Below are positions 26,415 to 38,500 of a stretch of 64,000 nt of DNA, in pieces (positions within the stretch are counted from its first letter, which is position 1; each line of letters opens with the position of its first letter). Location of the stretch: positions 22,382,001-22,446,000 of the forward strand of contig OZ024750.1 in the NCBI GenBank assembly GCA_964016885.1. The letters run 5' to 3'. Below the pieces are notes generated by a model that did not search any database, was not told where the DNA came from, and was given only the letters and a program-made list of their open reading frames with translations. Made by a program: the position numbers and the translations under genes. Source of the DNA: Eledone cirrhosa. Taxonomy: Eukaryota.

Positions 26415-27070
26415 TCACTAACCTTGGAGGGATTCTGAAGATCATAGGCACTGTCTTGGTGGTCTGCTAAAGGTCATGAACCTTCAATAGTCTTGGAGGG
26501 ATTCTAGAGGTTATAAAAACACTCAGTAATATTAGAGGGGCTCTAAAAGTTATAAGCATTGTCACTTATCTTGGAGGGACTCTAAAAGTTACATGTACCC
26601 TCTGTAGTCTTGGAGACAGTCTAATGAGGTCAGAAAGACTGTCAGTAGTCTTACTAGTACTCTAAAGGTCATAAGCATTATCACTAATCTTCGAGAACTT
26701 CCAAGAGTCCTAGGAACTGTTACTAGTCATGGAGGGACTCTAAAGGTTATATATTCATATTATTAGTATTGAAAGGGCAGTATCGGTAGAGGGTCGGACA
26801 TAATGCTTTGACGCATAGAGTTACGGCCCTTTCCATTCTGAGTTCAAATCCCGCTGAGGTCAACTTTGCCTTTCATCCTTACGGGGTCGATAAAATAAAG
26901 TACCAGTAATGTACTGGGTAATTGCTGGCCTTGTGCCAAAAAGTAGAAACAATTATTAGTATTGAAAGGTCTACAAGGTATATTTGTCAATACCACCAGC
27001 CATGGGGAGCCTCTAAAGACCACATATCAATCTCACCAACCTTCATTGACCTCCAAAGAATATAAACACT
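26415..27070. repeat. Old, degenerate ~39-bp tandem array interrupted by a SINE
   Basis: Recurrent TCTTGGAGGGACTCTAAAGGTCATAAGCA-like units. Confidence 0.75.
26777..26956 (+). mobile_element. tRNA-derived SINE, family A, full length with target-site duplication
   Basis: B-box GAGTTCAAATCCC; central GCCTTTCATCCTTACGGGGTCGATAAAATAAAGTACCAG (resembles the Deu/Nin-type SINE domain); flanking repeat ATTATTAGTATTGAAAGG at 26759-26776 and 26952-26969. Confidence 0.88.
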
Positions 27071-27074
27071 CCAC

Positions 27075-27540
27075 CTCCTCTTCCTTCTTCTTCTTTTTGA
27101 TCCCTAAGCGAGACTAGCTCAATTCATAGATGTTATCTAACCATCTTGCTCGGGGTCTCCTGGTGGTTGGTTTTACCATACTCGTAGTATTGGAGCTGTG
27201 ATCTCTCAATTTGGAGAAGTAACAACTTTCTAATCTCAAAGCTACGTACTCGATCGAGTAACATTACTCCAAAGACCCTTCGGTGGGACCCCATTTTGGC
27301 TGCTTATATTTGTGATTGTATTCTTTCGGTCATTATCCAAGATTCATGACCATAGGTAAGGGTTAGGGTTAGGGTTAGTGAGTTTAGCTTTTATGCCTAC
27401 CTCCCTTCTGATTACTGAATGCTGAAGCTAGTGCATTACTGCACCATCTCCTGCAATTCTTGCACTTAATTCAGACTCCTGCCTTCCATCACTCGTGAAC
27501 ATGGTCCCGAGATACTTGAACTTCTCTACCTGCTTTAGTA
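27075..27540 (-). mobile_element. RTE-type LINE 3' fragment
   Basis: QVEKFKYLGTMFTSDG and TYGHESW remnants; (CTT)n tail on +. Confidence 0.8.
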
Positions 27541-29039
27541 GAATTCAGCAGAGCTGTTCTGCTATAAAACGTGTCACAGGTGGCGAAAAGCAATACGGCT
27601 AGCAGATATGATGGTTAATTGCCGATATAAGTGGGCAGCTGCCCGAGAAAAAAAAGCAATTTTTCGTCTAATGGAGGAATTTTTGACAATCAATTTATAC
27701 AAGTTAAGGCATCTTCTATGATTAAATAAAGACATTGTTTTATGATAGAAAATGAAAAGAATATACCACTAAAGTACTGAAGATTGATATAAATGACTTT
27801 CTCCTCCTCCAAACTACTGTACCTGTTTGAAAAATATATAGCAGTCTCCAATTCATGTTGTAAAAACTGGCGATGGGCATGCGACCTGTCTTGGGAGGCG
27901 TGGGAATAACACACAAATATTGCATATCCAGAGACCCCAAATAGGGTTCAGAAGGGAGCAAACCTTTGACAATTGGAACCTTACAGGTAAGGAGCAGTAA
28001 CTAGTAGGGGAGGCTAGATGCTACCAGCTAGATATAGTCAGGGTTTCCTTAACAATGTTCCGTAGCTCCGGTACTGTAAATTTGGATGAAAGATAGAAAA
28101 AGTCATTATTATAAGAAATAATATGATCTGAGTTCAAATCCCGCCGAGGTTAACTTTGATTTTCATCCTCGATAAAATAAAGCACCAGTAACACACTGGA
28201 ATAATTGCTGGCCTTGTGCCAAAAGTAGAAACAATTATCATAAGAAATAATTTTCAAGTGATGTTGTTTAGCTGTACAAGCCAGGCCTGTCCCTGCAGTG
28301 ATATGCTTATTCTGTAACTCCACCTTAGAATTATTACAAATTACAGTAGTCACCCAAATGATTTGAAGATCCCACCCTCAAGCACCAAACCCTGCCAATG
28401 TGCCTCATTCACTCGATCACAGTATCCTAAATATTGTGGTGAAAGTTTGGTTACTATATTCTCATCAGAATAAACTACTAGAATACTGTAAATGCCAAAT
28501 TTCAGCCTTTAACGTTAGCGACACTTGAGTGAACTATGCCGCAGGCAACACAGTTTTTATCATTGTTGGAAGTTCATTTTATTACTATCAAGTGACGCTT
28601 ATGAGGGGTGCTTGACTATTCCAATGTCTCAGCTTCGCCTCTTCTCTCTCATTTATCTTATTTCTAAGTAAACTAAATAAACAACATTTTCTGTCTTAAA
28701 AGCTTTGATTGTTCACACTACAGTCAACCTTTGAACTTTGACTTTTAATTTAAACCCTACCTTACTTTAAAATATATTCCATTTTATAACATTAAAATTG
28801 TAACTTTATTACTTTGTTCTTTTATTTTACTGGTTTCAGCCATTAACTACGGTCATGCTGGGGCATTGTCTTGATTTAATTGATCATATCTATCATATAT
28901 ATGATGGGTTTCTGCAATTTCTGTCTACCAAATTTCTCTCACATGGCTAAAGCAGAAGAGACTTGTCCAAGATGCCAATTAGTAGAACTGAACCTGAAAC
29001 CCGTAGTTCTTTGCTCACTTATTCCCGAGAGGGTCGTGG

Positions 29040-29500
29040 GGGTGGGTGGGTGGGTGTCGAGTCCTCAAACACTCTTTTCAGTGGATCCTGTCAGAAGCAA
29101 CTGTCTCCAACTTATCCGGATGGATCCCCAAGCAAGGCGAGTCAAGCTCATGGATGTTATCCAACCATCTTGCTTGGGGCCTACCCCTGGGTCTCTGGGC
29201 GGTTGGTTTTGCCTGTAAAATCTGTCCAGCAATTCTTTTTTGTGACATTTTAACCATATGCCCATACTATCAGACCTGTGATCTCTCAATTCGAATAAGC
29301 TGGGGCTCTACCTGGAGTGACTCTCTGGTCTCCGAGTTATGCCCTTTATCGAATAACATTACTCCAAAATCCATCCGGAGACATCCCATTTCGGACGCTT
29401 GTATTTGCGATCGTATTCTTTCAGTCATTACCCAAGATTCATGACCATAGGTAAGGGTTGGAACGAAAACTGAATTGAAGATAGCGAGTATGGCTTTTAA
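29040..29500 (-). mobile_element. RTE-type LINE 3' fragment (second family)
   Basis: IFNSVFVPTLTYGHESWVMTERIRSQIQASEMGCLR; homologous to 27100-27540 (-) and 57570-58133 (+). Confidence 0.85.
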
Positions 29501-30099
29501 AATAACCTTTGAACACAATGTTGAGACGTTTTTTTGTAGAGATATTTAAAAATAATTTTTGGTGAAATTTCGGAATAAGAAACACCGTTTCGTTTCGTTT
29601 CAATGATCTTAATTTCTGTTATGATCTGGAAAAAAAAAATGTAGTTTTCATTCTTTCTATTTCGGAGTACTTGACGGACTATAATTTTTCATAAACACAT
29701 TTTTCTTTATTTACCCCCTTTATAAACTAGGAGATTGAATCGGGTGGGAACAAATTAACAAATTTTACATTTTGTTACGTCGCTGTGGTGTTTATTTCGA
29801 AACTCTACCGAAATTCTTTAATTAATACTAATATTTCTTCAAAAAATTGTCATTTACAGTGTAGTTAGTCTTTCAAAATTCCAGTTTTAAAATAAAATTA
29901 CTCTGCTCGTTTTAATTAAGAAATCAGTTATCCAGCACATTAAGAAACCAGTTGAGTGGTTACTAGTCCAAAGAAATGACCACCTTGTTTTTTTATCAGG
30001 TCAAAGCTCCATTTTTTTAGGACGGGATTCTTGGCTGCTATTTCCAGTAGCTCACAAGTTAGCGGTGGTCAGCAATATCTCGCTATTAACTTTTTCTCA

Positions 30100-30246
30100 A
30101 CGAGGTCATGTGACACTGGTAAATAAGTTGTGATTGGTCCGATTTATTCTTACAGATGTTACGCATGAAGTGAATCTGGCGCCAACTTTGAGAGCATTTC
30201 TTAAAGTCAGCTGTAGTTCCCGCTGTTCTTCAACACTTAGATACAT
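30100..30246 (+). promoter_or_regulatory. CDC6 core promoter and probable non-coding exon 1
   Basis: E-box GTCATGTGAC 30105-30114; inverted CCAAT (ATTGG) 30133-30137; E2F-type palindrome TGGCGCCA 30177-30184; TTCCCGC near 30217; donor GTAAGC at 30247; further GCGCGGGA at 30920-30927. Confidence 0.65.
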
Positions 30247-32414
30247 GTAAGCATTTTTACTATTTATCATTATAAAATGTGTTTATTTTGTTTATTAACC
30301 ATCTAGAAATATTTAATTTATTCATTTATCATCTCAAAACCTATTTATTTCGTATATTTAGCATAATTTCGTTTGTTTACAAGTTTGTTGAAGAAACTGA
30401 ATATTAATTATCCCGCTGGAAAAACAACTAGTATATGTATAATATATACATTTTATATTTTATATTCATATAAAATATTTATCTAATACAATATATACTC
30501 ATTAATAAAATACAACTCTAAAAATATCTCGAAACATTGTTCATTCGTTACAAAAGATACATCGTCCATTCATCACCGCAGAATATTATTTCACCCATTT
30601 AATGTTTCAAAATAAATATTTTAATTTTAAATTTAAAAAAAAAAATGTATATAAATATTACCAAACGTTATTTTGTTAAAAGTTATCTTTGAAAAATGTC
30701 TTTTAGAACTTTGTAAAAACATTTGTCTGGTTATTTTCGTTGAATAAATAATGATTTTTTACGTTACATCAACCCAATGTTTCATTATTTTAATTTGATT
30801 TCGCAATTTATAAACAATTGATGTGATAGGAATCATTTTATGACTTAAGAGTTTTGGTTTATGTTCAGAAACAAAAAAAAAATCCTCAATCTTTGTACGA
30901 ATCTAGTCTTCTTTTCAGTGCGCGGGAGTTTGTTTTCATCGAATAAGTTGCTTTGCTAGAAGGAAAGTCATGTTAGTGAGTTAGTTAAAAGCAAGAAACA
31001 TGAAGTTACGTTTATTTTTTTCAATAACAAAATTCATTATTGAAAATTAATATTAGAACGAGTATAAATTCTAAAACCAATATATATTGTCTGTACCACG
31101 ATAAGAAACATTTTCTCACTTTATAAAAATGACAATGGAATGTATATATATATGTACGTATATATTTTCGTGTATATATGTATATATTTTTTACACGCGT
31201 ACATATAAAGTTAGTGAAAGAGCAGTAACGGCAAATTTGTCTACTTTATATAAACATTTTATATTATAATTTATAAATAATTGTAAATTGAATTAAATTT
31301 ATTTGATCGGTAGTTCTCACAATTATTTGTTAGATAAACTTGAATCGACATGTTCATTATGTTAGTTATGATCAAAGGTCTTCAAACCGTGACCATCTGG
31401 AACTGCATTGTGTTATATGGCCTTTCATATTAGTGGAATTTGACCTGTGAGCAAAAGGATTCCAGCAGTGACTATCCCGTCTTTCCCTGAACTTAATGTA
31501 CCTAAATCCGCATTATTTAATGAGTCAGTTTTTAAACTGGTAGGATTTCGTTTGTGGGACATTTGACTATTACTTCTAGCAGGCCCAATGACCACGTAGA
31601 TGCTCTCGTTGGCTTAATTCCTAATTGACTAGACTACGGACTACATTGTCTAGTGTGTAACTCTTGATATCAAACCACCTCTTGATCTACAATACAAAAC
31701 TGTTTAAAATGTTTATATTTATCTAAAAAAAAAACATACATCATAATTTTAAGTAAGAACATTTTATGTTCCAAACTAAATAATCGATAATTTTCCAAAT
31801 TATTTGAAAATTATAAGCAGTGTATTTCATTATAACTAGGATAATAAAAGGGTTAAGAAAGAAAGGTGCAATTCCAGAACGGCTGTTTCTAACATGCAAT
31901 GAAAATATAAAAAGTATCTTTCAATACTACCTAGGTTCTTGTTTAACCCTAGGTTAACTCTGATAGAGATGACATGATTCAAAAACAATTAAACCGTGAA
32001 AATCCTATTATTCTTCCAAACATAATGTATCTTAGAAAAGATTATTCGATGCCCCCCTCCCCCACAAGACGTTAGGGTGTGATTTGAGGGAGATTTGTTT
32101 GCTACTTTTAACAGGTTGAGTGGCCACGTAGAGGCTTTCCATTTACCTCATTACTTAGGTGGCTGGAGATACCAGTAAGGGATATTTCCTCCTTATTTTG
32201 GAAATAGAGATAAAAACCTTAACATATTGGGGGGTGAAATCGTCGATACCACCCCAAATTATTACATACAATGGTTTACATGAACATAACCACTTATATA
32301 TCTTCATAATGGATTTTACATAAAACCACCATCGTTTTTGTAATTGTCTTTGTCATCTGTTGTCCTTGTGAAAAATAAAAATAAATCGTTATTTCTTTTT
32401 CTTTTATAGAGAAA

Positions 32415-32505
32415 ATGAGGCCTGAATCACTTGTTCAAAGAAAATTAGAATTTCGCGTCTGTAAATCGAAATCAAACGTAAAGAATGCCTCTTCCAGGAC
32501 AAGAA
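32415..32505 (+). CDS. CDC6: CDC6 coding exon 1 (MRPESLVQRKLEFRVCK...)
   Basis: Acceptor ends 32409, ATG 32415, donor GTTAGT, phase 1 fits next exon. Confidence 0.8.
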
Positions 32506-35500
32506 GTTAGTTAAATTTGTATTATTTTTGTTATTAATATGTAAGATTTAGATTAAATAAAACGTTACAATAGTCTATATTTGCACTAAAACATTTTTTG
32601 TAATAAAAATATTCACCTAATCCTAAAACTTGTTTTTCTGATGGATTGGACACATTTTGAGACATTCTATGGTTGGATATCTTCCTGATGTTATATATAT
32701 ATAATATACATACACACACCCATGCAGGAAAACTTCCACACATGGCTACTTCAGACCCTCTTGACACTGCTAAAACCTCTTCTCTTTCTTCACTTCATTT
32801 TTAGGAAAAAAACCTTTTGTATGTATGTGAATATATATATGTAATCATTTTATACCTGTTTTCTTTCTTAGCAAAGGTTGGATGTGTTGTCGCAGTCCGA
32901 GTCAGTTTGCAAGCTGAGCTAATGACTTCTCAGATGGAATGGGGGCCTGCATATTGCTATTGCATTTTATCATGGCACTAGTGAAACTGTCATGTCTTAG
33001 ACACAACTAAAGAATGCTCCCAACCACTTTTCAGAGTATAAAATGTGTGCATATTGGTACAGAATGACTTTGCAACTATGTGGTTCTGGGTCTGATATCA
33101 TTTCATGACACTTCGGCCAAGTATCTTCTACCAAATCCCCAAGTTGGGCTGATACTTTGTGAGTGGTATTCTGAAGCCTGTTATGTATATAGTTCTATGA
33201 CTGCATCCTTTGCCAATGTGTGAAAAGGATGGTAAACATCAGTAAGCAATACATCCCAGTGCTTTTTGAATGAAGTCCTTTGTGATATTTATTTTGTTCC
33301 CAGTTACAGACACTTCCCTTTTTGCTTTTGGTGTCAGAAATGCAGTGGATGGCCCATTGACAACCTGTAACCAACAATGCTAAGGTTTACTAATTTTAAT
33401 CTAAAATATATAAATTTTTTATTTTAGGTAATTTATGAAATGACCATGACTCCCATTGATGTTTCAAAAGGAATTATTAATATAACAAAAGTCATATTTA
33501 ATTTTCCAGGTTCTCAACTCACTTCTGTAACACGTAACCGTGTGTCTTTAGAATCGGTAGCTGGTCTTTCAGAGAAATTATCTAAAGATATCATATCATC
33601 ACCTAGGAATAAACGTGACAAAGTGAAGACACCTGATGTCTGTGATGAGAACCTATATTCTCCACAGAAGCCACAAGTCTCTCCATCAAACTCTGCTGCA
33701 AGACCATGTTTATCTCCAATCAAAAGAAATATTTGGGGTGACCAAACTCCACATTCTAAGATTCCTGCTAAATCACCAAAAACAGAAGGTTAGTTATATG
33801 GTTTATTTGTTTTCTGCACCACCATCATCAATGTTGGGTTTCTTTGGGTAGATTTGGAGAGCAGTCACTCCAAATAAAAATGTCTGTGCCATGCTGGTGA
33901 CACAACAAAAAATACTCAGTCCACCCTGTTAGATGCTCGTTTTGATGCCACAATAAAAAGCACCCAGTTCACACTAACTTAGGAAGGACATCCAGCTGTA
34001 GAAACCAAGCCAAAATGCAGATCCATATGAGCATGATGTGGTCACTTGACCTGACTTGTCTCATAATGTGACAACCTGTCTAACCTATGGATGTGTAGAA
34101 AATAAACATTAAATGGTGATGATGAGAATAGACAATCTCCATAAGTCACTCTGAATAAATAGTAAATGTGGACTCCATAAGCTGTAGCAAAGGTGACTTG
34201 TCTAAGATAGCAGTCACTTTGAATATAAACTGATCATCTTATACCCAGTTATTCTCTCAACCCATCCATACTGTCATTCATACACACTGACATAGTGCAT
34301 ACAATGGACTATGCTTGTTTCATTTCTTTCCAGCCATCAAACATCCATTGTACCATCTAACTAATAATGATTTATTATATTGCTATGAGAGCACACCATA
34401 AGATAATGAATCAACTTTCTTCCAGTGGCCTGGTGGTTAGTGTTGGACTCCCAAGCATAAGGTTGTGGTTCAGTTACTGGACCAGACAATGTATTGTGTT
34501 CTTGAGTAAAACACTTCATTTCACATTGTTTTCATGGTAGGATTGGGTGGCCTCCATCATTAAAAACCTTGTATGAGGCTAGCTAAACCTGCATATGTGT
34601 GAGCTGTAAATTTCATTCATTTTATTATAAGATTTGTAAATGAACAATCTTTTCTTTTCGGTATTGACAGCCAGTGATAATTACTCCAAGACCAAACAGT
34701 TACTACATACTGCTCAGCCATCAAAAGTGATCTGCCGTGAGGAAGAACAAGCAGAGATTAATAAATTTCTCTCCAAGCATATTTCTTCAAGAACTGGTAG
34801 TAGCATGTATATATCTGGTGCCCCAGGGACAGGGAAAACTGTTGTTCTTACTGAAATAATTAAACATTTAAAGGTAAATATTTACCATTTTTCCATACAT
34901 GCATGATGGGTTGGGAGGGTCTTTCTCAATACAGCTTCCTTCCACTTGTGTTCCTTTGTCATCTCTTCTCTGTAGTTCAACATTCTGAGATCAAGTCTCA
35001 CCACTTCTGCCCATCTCTTTCCTGGCCTTCCTCTTCTGCAGCTTCCTTCCACTGGGAACTCTTGGCACCGGATATGGCTGGTTTAAATGCTAAAGGAGTA
35101 ATGTCTCAAATTTAATCACGGTAATAGTGTTACCTGTTGTTGATACACCGAAACCAGTTCTCATCCAGCACTCATGTGCTGGAAGCCCATCCCTACCCTC
35201 TAGCTCCTTGGCTATTCTGTATTAATATTCAAACCATGTATCTAGAACTATATTATAATATGTATACATAATTGTTTTGTTTTAATATTTATTGTAGGTT
35301 AGTAAATCCTGCAAAGTTGTATATTTGAACTGTATGACAGTACAAGATGTTTGTGATATTTATAAGAAAATATATACTGAAATATCAGGAGAGATACATT
35401 CGAAATCTGCATCAAAATTACTAAAATCCTTACAAGAGGTGATAACAAGCAGTAAAAAAAGCATGTAAGTAATTTTCCTATATATTATAGTTCTGCTTGT

Positions 35501-38500
35501 GTATAGCTGGTTTAGTATAATTACACTGTAACTCTGCATGTTGTAAGAGGCAATCAAAAACGTTGGTTCCAGTAAGGGTATCCGACTGTAAAACACTGTC
35601 TCATAAAGAACCCCATGATGAGTATGGAGCCAGAATGGCTAACCCTTGCTTTAACAGGGAAAATGGCTTTAAAACACTTGTATTTCATTTAGTTTGAGTA
35701 ACTAATTCTGGAACAGTTAACATGTGGAGACAGGCATGGCTGTGTGGTTAAGTATTTCACTTTGCATTCTCATGCTCATAGTTTCTATCTCATTGCACAG
35801 CACTTGAACGATAGCTCTAGGCCTACCAATTCCTTGAAGGAACTGATAGACAGAAACTGTATGAAGTCTGTCTTGAATCATCACCACCATTTATCTCATT
35901 TTTATGCTTACATGGGTTAGATGGGCTGTCGTGCTCTGAGGTTAGACTGGTCAGTTGATGACGTCTTGCTTATATGGATGTTTTTGTGGCACCAGCACTA
36001 TAGCTTTACAGAGTGGGCTGTGTGTATTTTATGGCACCAGCACTACTGCTTTGCAGAGTTGAATGTGTGTATTTTATCATGGCACCAGCACTAACACCAC
36101 TTTAGAGTGGGCTGTGTGTATTTTATCATGGCACCAGCACTACCACCACTTTACAGAGTGGGCTGTGTGTATTTTATCATGGCACCAGCACTACCACCAC
36201 TTTACAGAGTGGGCTGTGTGTATTTTATCGTGGCACCAGCACTACCACCACTTTACAGAGTGGGCTGTGTGTATTTTATCATGGCACCAGCACTACCACC
36301 ACTTTACAGAGTGGGCTGTGTGTATTTTATCATGGCACCAGCACTACCACCACTTTACAGAGTGGGCTGTGTGTATTTTATGGCACCAGCACTACCACCA
36401 CTTTACAGAGTGGGCTGTGTGTATTTTATCATGGCACCAGCACTACCACCACTTTACAGAGTGGGCTGTGTGTATTTTATCATGGCACCAGCACTACCAC
36501 CACTTTACAGAGTGGGCTGTGTGTATTTTATCATGGCACCAGCACTACCACCACTTTACAGAGTGGGCTGTGTGTATTTTATCATGGCACAAGTACTACT
36601 TCATTACGATATTTTAAAACATTTCCTTTGTGTTTATGAGTGTGCGTATTTCAGTGAGTTTGTTGTTATTAGTGTGTATATGTGAATCAATTCTTTGGAT
36701 CTATTTAATCCTGCCTCTCAAAAAAATAATGCTAACCTTTTATCAAAATTTGAAACCAATATTATTGATATTCTTCTAACCAAATTATTATTCCAGTGTT
36801 CTTGTCCTGGATGAGATTGACCAGCTGGACAATAAACACCATGACGTACTCTATGAAATCTTTGGATGGCCAGCTCTGCAAAATTCATCATTTGTTTTAA
36901 TAGGTGAGTCTTATTTGATTTCTTAAAGATTGCTGGAGAGGTTATTCTTGCTTCTGTTTTAAAACTTTTAACAACCCACATTACATGAAAGAGAGAATTA
37001 GCAAGGAAAGACAGCACTATCTACATTAAAAACGTGTTTTTCTGAAAATTTCAACAATGATCTGGCCATTAGAAATGATACTATGTTTAAATTAAACCCA
37101 TTTTTAGATATTCTAAATAATTATCTATTTAATTTTTATTAATTTTGTCTGTTTTTTTACATTAACTTATATTGTAACCATCCGTCTGCAATATTCCTCT
37201 TTTAATAATTCAAATTGAGTTTACTATTCTAAACTAGATACATGCAGCCTATGAAAAATATTAATTGGAACTTTCCACTAATACATTGTAACAGTAATCA
37301 TATTTTTTGTTTATATTTAAAAATATCTTTTATTCAAAGGTGTGGCCAACTCTCTTGATCTGACTGATCGTATTTTACCCAGACTGCAGGCAAGGTTAAA
37401 TCTCAGACCTCTGCTTATGAATTTTCCTCCATACACTAAAGATCAAATTGTAAAAGTCATTGAAGATCGCTTAAAAGTTGTAAGTTATCAATTATAATGA
37501 TATGCTATATTTGCTGTAACTCTTTAAAATTTATACACACAAAACATACATACGATGCGTTTCCTATGCAAACTCACACATACATATACCGAAACATACA
37601 CAAACACTTGACAGATTCATACTTATTAAACACACATACATATATTCTATATTATTGTCAACCATGAGTGTTTGTATATCTCTGTAACTCTTAAAATTTA
37701 TATACACAACAAACAATGCTACAAGAAGTTCAGAATTAACTTTGGTTATGATAGGCAGAAAGGATTCACCAACCCCTTAGTATACTGTGACAGATAAAAG
37801 GATCCACCCACCACTTAAAGAAAGTGTACTGGATGCAATTTATTGTGGCACAGCACTAGGGTGGTTACGATAAATGGTGGGGGTGGAGAGTATGGTGATG
37901 GTGAGAACACACACACACACACACAATCTTGGTATACATAATATACCAATCTTGAATTCCCCAAAATTAAATGTTCTATGCCATTTCAGTTGCTATTGAT
38001 GGCACAGATTCATTAGTATTATATTCTTCAAATAATTTTGTCCTTTCCAAATGAAGGCACCATAAATATATGAAAATTATTCTATTTTGAGGGGTATATG
38101 ATGAAGCAGAGTATATGATACCCACTTATTCAGAACAAAAGAATGAATAGGTTTTAAAAGATTTTTTATTGAACAAAAATTGAACCTGGTCTTTAAAAAA
38201 AAAAGTATTCTTCCAGGCACAAAAGATAGAAATTCAAAAATGTTTAACTTACACAAAGGTTAAGTTCAAAATACTCATCTTGTACATATGTCATTGGGAT
38301 TTTTTTAACAAGTTAGAAAGTGATTTATGAAGATACTATAAATATTTGAATTAACAATCCAGTGTTATATTTTCTGTTAAATCATTACAAGATGTCAAGA
38401 ATTAATATAATTTTAATATTAATTGATTTTTAACGAGTGAGCACGTTTTTTTTTTTTTGTTCCTTTTTAAGCTTTTTTTTTTTTTTTTTCATTTTTCTTT

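Noticed and set aside
36063-36685. His/Trp-rich and Pro-rich repeat ORFs; superficially CRISPR-like regular array
   Set aside because: 51-bp tandem units with no unique spacers, SINE-derived and intronic; eukaryotic context with no cas genes.
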